From Mitosporidium daphniae (lineage: Eukaryota), in contig NW_013546511.1 in NCBI RefSeq assembly GCF_000760515.2, positions 1-64,000 on the forward strand: 64,000 bases of DNA, given 5' to 3'. Under the pieces are notes generated by a model, which saw only the letters and a list, made by a program, of their open reading frames with translations, had not been told where the DNA came from and searched no databases. The translations under genes were made by a program, and so were the position numbers. Of the stretch, positions 59,527-64,000 are shown one piece after another (position 1 is the first letter of the stretch; each line of letters opens with the position of its first letter).

Positions 59527-60618
59527 ATGACACAACCAACGCAAGCCACCTCGTCACAATCTGCGTCTACGGGCTCTGTTAGAGCAGCAAAACCGATGCC
59601 GATGCAGCAGCTGCAGTGTAATTTGAAAGCCCCCAACCAGCCATTCCAACTTTCTTCAATTCCGACATCAATAACATCGTATTCGAAGATCGAAAAGTTG
59701 GGAGAAGGCACATATGCAACTGTATATAAGGCAAAACACCTACCAACAGGATCGATTGTAGCTTTGAAAGAGATTTCTCTTTCTGTTGAAGAGGGGGCCC
59801 CCTCGACAGCCATAAGAGAAATAGCTCTCATGCGAAGCCTTTCCCATCCAAACATCGTCAATTTGTTGGATGTCATCCACACCGAATCAACGCTTTGTCT
59901 TATTTTTGAGTTTATGGATACCGACTTGAAAGTTTATCTTGACGAGCAATTGAAGAGATTCCCACCCAGCCTTCCAATGGCCACCATAAAGTCACTGATG
60001 AAAGACATACTTTTGGGCATCGACTATTGCCACCAGTCAAGAAAGATCTTACATCGTGATCTAAAGCCCCAAAACCTGCTGCTTCTTCATCCCACGCCGT
60101 CAGATGGAAATAGCAGTTTGATTCCGGTTTTGAAGATCGGAGATTTTGGCCTTGCAAGGGCTTTTGGAATACCTGTGCACTCTTATTCAAACGAGGTGGT
60201 GACACTATGGTATCGATCGCCTGATGTCTTGTTGGGGTCCATTAATTATACCACCAGTATCGACATTTGGTCGATTGGATGTATATTTGCAGAGCTGATC
60301 ACTGGCCGGCCCTTGTTCCCTGGAAAGAACAACGAGGACCAAGTTGGGATAATATTCAAGCGATTGGGTGTGCCTCTGGAGAGCCAATGGCCACAATTGC
60401 CGACACTGCCCCTCTTTTCCAGGTTCTCCCCGTTGCTGGCACATTTAAGAGCCAAGAATTCCTCACAGCTTTCTGGAATTCCAACCGGTTCTTCCCTTGC
60501 CACTCTTTTTCCAACGCTAGATAACATTGCCCTCGACCTGCTGTCGAGGCTTCTGCAGCCTATTCCCGAACGTCGTATTTCTGCCAGAGAAGCCTTGATG
60601 CATCCATTCTTCACATGA
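59527..60618 (+). CDS. PHO85: Cyclin-dependent kinase Pho85/CDK5-like
   Basis: [59 protein letters not shown]. Confidence 0.9.
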   Translation: MTQPTQATSSQSASTGSVRAAKPMPMQQLQCNLKAPNQPFQLSSIPTSITSYSKIEKLGEGTYATVYKAKHLPTGSIVALKEISLSVEEGAPSTAIREIALMRSLSHPNIVNLLDVIHTESTLCLIFEFMDTDLKVYLDEQLKRFPPSLPMATIKSLMKDILLGIDYCHQSRKILHRDLKPQNLLLLHPTPSDGNSSLIPVLKIGDFGLARAFGIPVHSYSNEVVTLWYRSPDVLLGSINYTTSIDIWSIGCIFAELITGRPLFPGKNNEDQVGIIFKRLGVPLESQWPQLPTLPLFSRFSPLLAHLRAKNSSQLSGIPTGSSLATLFPTLDNIALDLLSRLLQPIPERRISAREALMHPFFT

Positions 60619-60754
60619 CCAGATGGCTTTATAGCTGCCTCCAATGGCGGGGGAGTGTCATATTTAGATGTTGTCATCAATAAAAATACCTTAAAGACAA
60701 GGTAGTCGCAATTAACTAAAATCCCCGCAACAGCTGAGCTCGGTTTGAAAAAAT

Positions 60755-61654
60755 TTATTGAAACGAGGCAATGCTCCAATCTGAGTCGATAACCAATGGC
60801 TCGCTGATTTGCACTTGGCCCGTTGTGGAGATATGCCCGTATTGGATCTAATTTGAGAAAGGCAGCCAAACCTTATTCAAAGAGCGAGCATCGCGATAAT
60901 ATAGGACACGCATGCAGGTGTCGATTGCCGATTTTGCCTCTTCGAAGGAAAGCTCCTTTGCGCCGCCGGACTTTTCCTCAATGGTGCGACGAAGAATTGG
61001 CTGGGCCAAATGGGCCCCAAAGCCAGTTGCAATCGAGTCGCTCTCAAATTTGCCACCAAGTAAGTCTACACATCCCAGGAATCTTGAATGTTTACGCCAC
61101 CACTTTCACTTACTTTTTTTCGCCATCTATGCCGGCGACGATGTGGGAATTCCATAGAGGATCCATTTTGGATCGCCTTTCATACATCATCTTCGAAACC
61201 AGATGAAAATAGGATTGAGAGCTCATTTTTTCACTAGTATAGCGCTCGGAAATACTAGAACATAAAATACAGACGTCAATACTTTATCTGTTTCAGGTGG
61301 GAGAGAAGAAACTGCTGGTCGCTGATATCTCCAGAGGTGGCCAGAATTGTGCAAGGTCCTATGGAGCAAATGCGTTGGACATCTCTAAATCTTGCCAAAG
61401 ACCCATATGATGCTACAAGAAGGTGCGGATAAGAACGTTGGCGCAATCTTACCAAGAGTGTCGGCAGCCAATAAAATTCCATCTGAATAGACGATTCCCA
61501 GCACAGATGTTCCGGTTACAATTGGAGACTGTGTGTGCGTTATTATTTTTCTATTGGTGCGATTAACATTGGAGTTCAAGGCATTTTGGCATACGTCATA
61601 AGAAGAGCCTGATGAAGGCAGTGATTGTCCCCAATTTTCGGTGAAAGTGGCCAT
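60755..61654 (-). CDS. PRE4: 20S proteasome subunit beta-7
   Basis: TQSPIVTGTSV, AADTLASYGSLARF, SGDISD, RRSKMDPLWN, ATGFGAHLAQP, RVLYYRDARS. Confidence 0.95.
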
Positions 61655-61744
61655 TAAATTTTTAAAAAAATTGTCCCCCAAAATATGATTTAAAAAGGCA
61701 ACAGATTTCAGCCAATCAACAGGTGGTGTTTTTTGTCTGGCCTT

Positions 61745-62455
61745 ATGAGGTTCTCACGAGACATAATAATCACAGTCGTTGGCACACTGCTAATCATCAC
61801 GCTTTGTATTATTTTCCTGATTTATGTTCTCATCCCAAAGCTTCGCTCTAGCGTTTATGAAAAAAATTTCTCTGCCTCGATAACGGTAACCCTAAATCCT
61901 GACAACATTCCAATACCAATCTCAATCTTAACGCCAAATAGCACGAAGCTTGCATATTCCAATATCAGCATCATTTCACATACTCAACAAATTTATTCCA
62001 ACGTAATTGGTTCGAATTTCAGAGAGTACAGGCGGATAGTTCAAATAATATCTTTCTCCGCTGTAACATTTCTTTTTTTTAATCTTATTTTCTGGAGAGT
62101 TTTTATTGGAGTGGTGCTTTGTCTTCGCATCTTAACGGCATCAATTCTTCTTCTATATCTTACCAGGAGACTGGCGATTTTAGAGGCCAGATTCCTTTCA
62201 GTAAAACAAGAATGCAGAAAAAACAAGCAGGAACTAATCGGGCTAAAATCGAGCTTTTCCAGGTTAAGCGAATTGGCATTCACAATCTTTTCAATAATAT
62301 ATCCGTTTGGCATGAACTTTGTTCATATTTCCAAATATCTTTACTTCTGGCCCGACAAGATAAAAGCTTCAATTAACTTCACATTTGATTCGGTAATGAT
62401 TCAAGAGCTAAGGATTCAATCTATCCTTGAAGAGCTGGAATATCTTATTAAATAA
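61745..62455 (+). CDS. Hypothetical membrane protein
   Basis: Intronless ORF of about 236 aa with 3-4 hydrophobic segments; no family recognised. Confidence 0.55.
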   Translation: MRFSRDIIITVVGTLLIITLCIIFLIYVLIPKLRSSVYEKNFSASITVTLNPDNIPIPISILTPNSTKLAYSNISIISHTQQIYSNVIGSNFREYRRIVQIISFSAVTFLFFNLIFWRVFIGVVLCLRILTASILLLYLTRRLAILEARFLSVKQECRKNKQELIGLKSSFSRLSELAFTIFSIIYPFGMNFVHISKYLYFWPDKIKASINFTFDSVMIQELRIQSILEELEYLIK

Positions 62456-62603
62456 ATGCAAATAAACCCCATTTGTGGCTAGCGTGTATTGAAAACAAAT
62501 TGTACACCCAAGATGAAGGCTTTATTATTGGTCCATCGACAAAAATGGATATGAAATAAATAGCCGAACCACGATAGTGCAATGGCGTCTGGAAGGGGGC
62601 AAG

Positions 62604-63064
62604 CTACGAGGAGGGAGGAACTCTTTTGGGGTTGACTCTTGATTCCGCCTCAAAACGCTCATAGGCCCTGACAAATTTTGATTGAAGGTAGAACGATCCA
62701 TTCCAGTCATCCTTTCTGGCATTTGATTTGAAGTACTTTTCAAATTTCTACATGGTGACCACTTGACAAGCAATACCTCTTTGGCCTGGTCTAGTGTAGA
62801 GCCTGGAAGGGGAAGGTTTAAGATTTTTCCGGCCTCATCCATGGAAAGAGTTGACGAAACTTGGGCAACTGCCGGCGAATTGGAGGATCCCAATTTGCTT
62901 GCATTTGATTCCGCGGCTAAAAACAAGTACCGAAAAGGCATACCTTTGATGGTCTGTATATAGGCATCTTTAACAGACTTTCCCAACACCTGCCCCACCA
63001 CTGCTATGACTTTGATAAGAAGACGCCCAATCTATGTAGGAAAGGATATCTAACATACTGCCAT
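62604..63064 (-). CDS. PAM16: Mitochondrial import motor subunit Pam16/Tim16
   Basis: GQVLGKSVKDAY, LSMDEAGKILN, GSFYLQSK..RAYER after splicing. Confidence 0.9.
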
Positions 63065-63162
63065 GGGATGGGTTGGATGAAAATTAAAATATGGTCCACT
63101 GGCGGGTCGTTTATTTGGTTGCTTAATTAATTAATTAATTGAGTTGCCGATTGATGATGCGT

Positions 63163-64000
63163 TTATTTCTTTTTGTATTTACATTCTTTCTGGCTCCATC
63201 TATTTTGGTCCAGAGTATTAGCAAGCCCTGACACCGTGCAATCAACCATTTTGGTGACCCCCAACAAGGGCCGTACAAATGCCAAAGGAACGGCTTTAAG
63301 GATATTAATTCTTTCTTCACTCTCAACATGCAGAGATGCCTTGTCCAGACACTCGGTAAGCTCTGTAACGCCGGTTTTGATGCCGGAGTCAAGGTTTTTT
63401 GGATTTCCATTTGGCCTCTCAACCAGAGGCGCTACACCACTAAGTGTACACAGAAACGAATCGGCCTTTTTCAAGTAGTTCTTGGTCGTTGATGCCAATT
63501 GAGAGGTGATGTTGATGCCTTGCATCAAGCTCTTCCTGATCAGTGAAATTGAAGTTGATGACCCATCGTTTGGATTGCTATTCATAGGCAGCATGATCAA
63601 TTCACCGACGTTGTTCCCAAATTGCACCATAGTTCTGATGGGCGTCCATCCGTTGAGAATTACCTGCTGAGCCTGGGTATTTGTCACATATGGGATCCAC
63701 GCATCCATGATCAATTCAAATGCTCTGGGGATTCCGTGGATGCCATGAAGATGGACGGATTGCAAAACTATTTTGGCGTCTTCCAGCTTGAAAATGTTGA
63801 ACACAAACGAAGAGATTGACGATGACGAGAGTACAGATTTTTTTGGCTTGTAGTCGATAAACAGCTCGATTTCCGAAATCACGATGTGCCTAAAGAAGAG
63901 CCCGGTCGAGGTGCACTCCAGATCGGTTTGCTGCAGTTCCAAAAGCTGGTTTTTCAAGTCTTCTATGTTCTTTTGCAAAAGCACGATGTCTTTATTGACC
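63163..64000 (-). CDS. ATG2: Autophagy lipid-transfer protein Atg2, C-terminal part (5' end outside window)
   Basis: IDYKPK, LEDAKIVL..V.LHGIHG, W.PIRT, AVPLAFVRPLLG..GLANTLD..KYK. Confidence 0.88.
   Translation of the reverse strand, partial: VNKDIVLLQKNIEDLKNQLLELQQTDLECTSTGLFFRHIVISEIELFIDYKPKKSVLSSSSISSFVFNIFKLEDAKIVLQSVHLHGIHGIPRAFELIMDAWIPYVTNTQAQQVILNGWTPIRTMVQFGNNVGELIMLPMNSNPNDGSSTSISLIRKSLMQGINITSQLASTTKNYLKKADSFLCTLSGVAPLVERPNGNPKNLDSGIKTGVTELTECLDKASLHVESEERINILKAVPLAFVRPLLGVTKMVDCTVSGLANTLDQNRWSQKECKYKKK

Noticed and set aside
49199..60618. PHO-pathway gene cluster (Pcl cyclin, Pho85, plus SYG1)
   Set aside because: The genes are separated by many unrelated ones; co-occurrence is plausible by chance in a small dense genome
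1..64000. Reassigned stop codons explaining the fragmented ORFs
   Set aside because: TAA, TAG and TGA all end conserved proteins at expected positions; the breaks are explained by short GT-AG introns, the AMMECR1 TGA being the only exception found

Overview
A very gene-dense eukaryotic nuclear segment. It carries about 48 protein-coding genes and one tRNA-Ile(AAU). Intergenic gaps are often 10-100 bp and most spliceosomal introns are 23-35 nt. The gene set is fungal-like, includes mitochondrial respiratory, import and fusion genes (QCR6, MGM1, uS10m, IMP1, PAM16), and retains genes patchy in fungi (PrimPol, a probable HROB/MCM8IP). Together with AT-rich plus CCC-type motifs just upstream of ATGs, this fits a mitochondriate relative of microsporidia (Rozellomycota, Mitosporidium-like); that placement is inference, not a database result. 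I found no CRISPR array, rRNA or intact transposon. Most notable observations: (1) an AT-hook protein built on a MULE/MuDR transposase DNA-binding domain with no DDE core; (2) a C1-domain/Pex28-29-like fusion; (3) an Aquarius helicase with degenerate ATPase motifs in a tiny-intron genome; (4) an in-frame TGA in the AMMECR1 gene; (5) a candidate structured, Sm-site-bearing ncRNA at about 47.3-47.5 kb; (6) TGCA clusters and palindromes in intergenic DNA. Exon boundaries were read by eye and gene identities come from recalled motifs, so both need confirmation.
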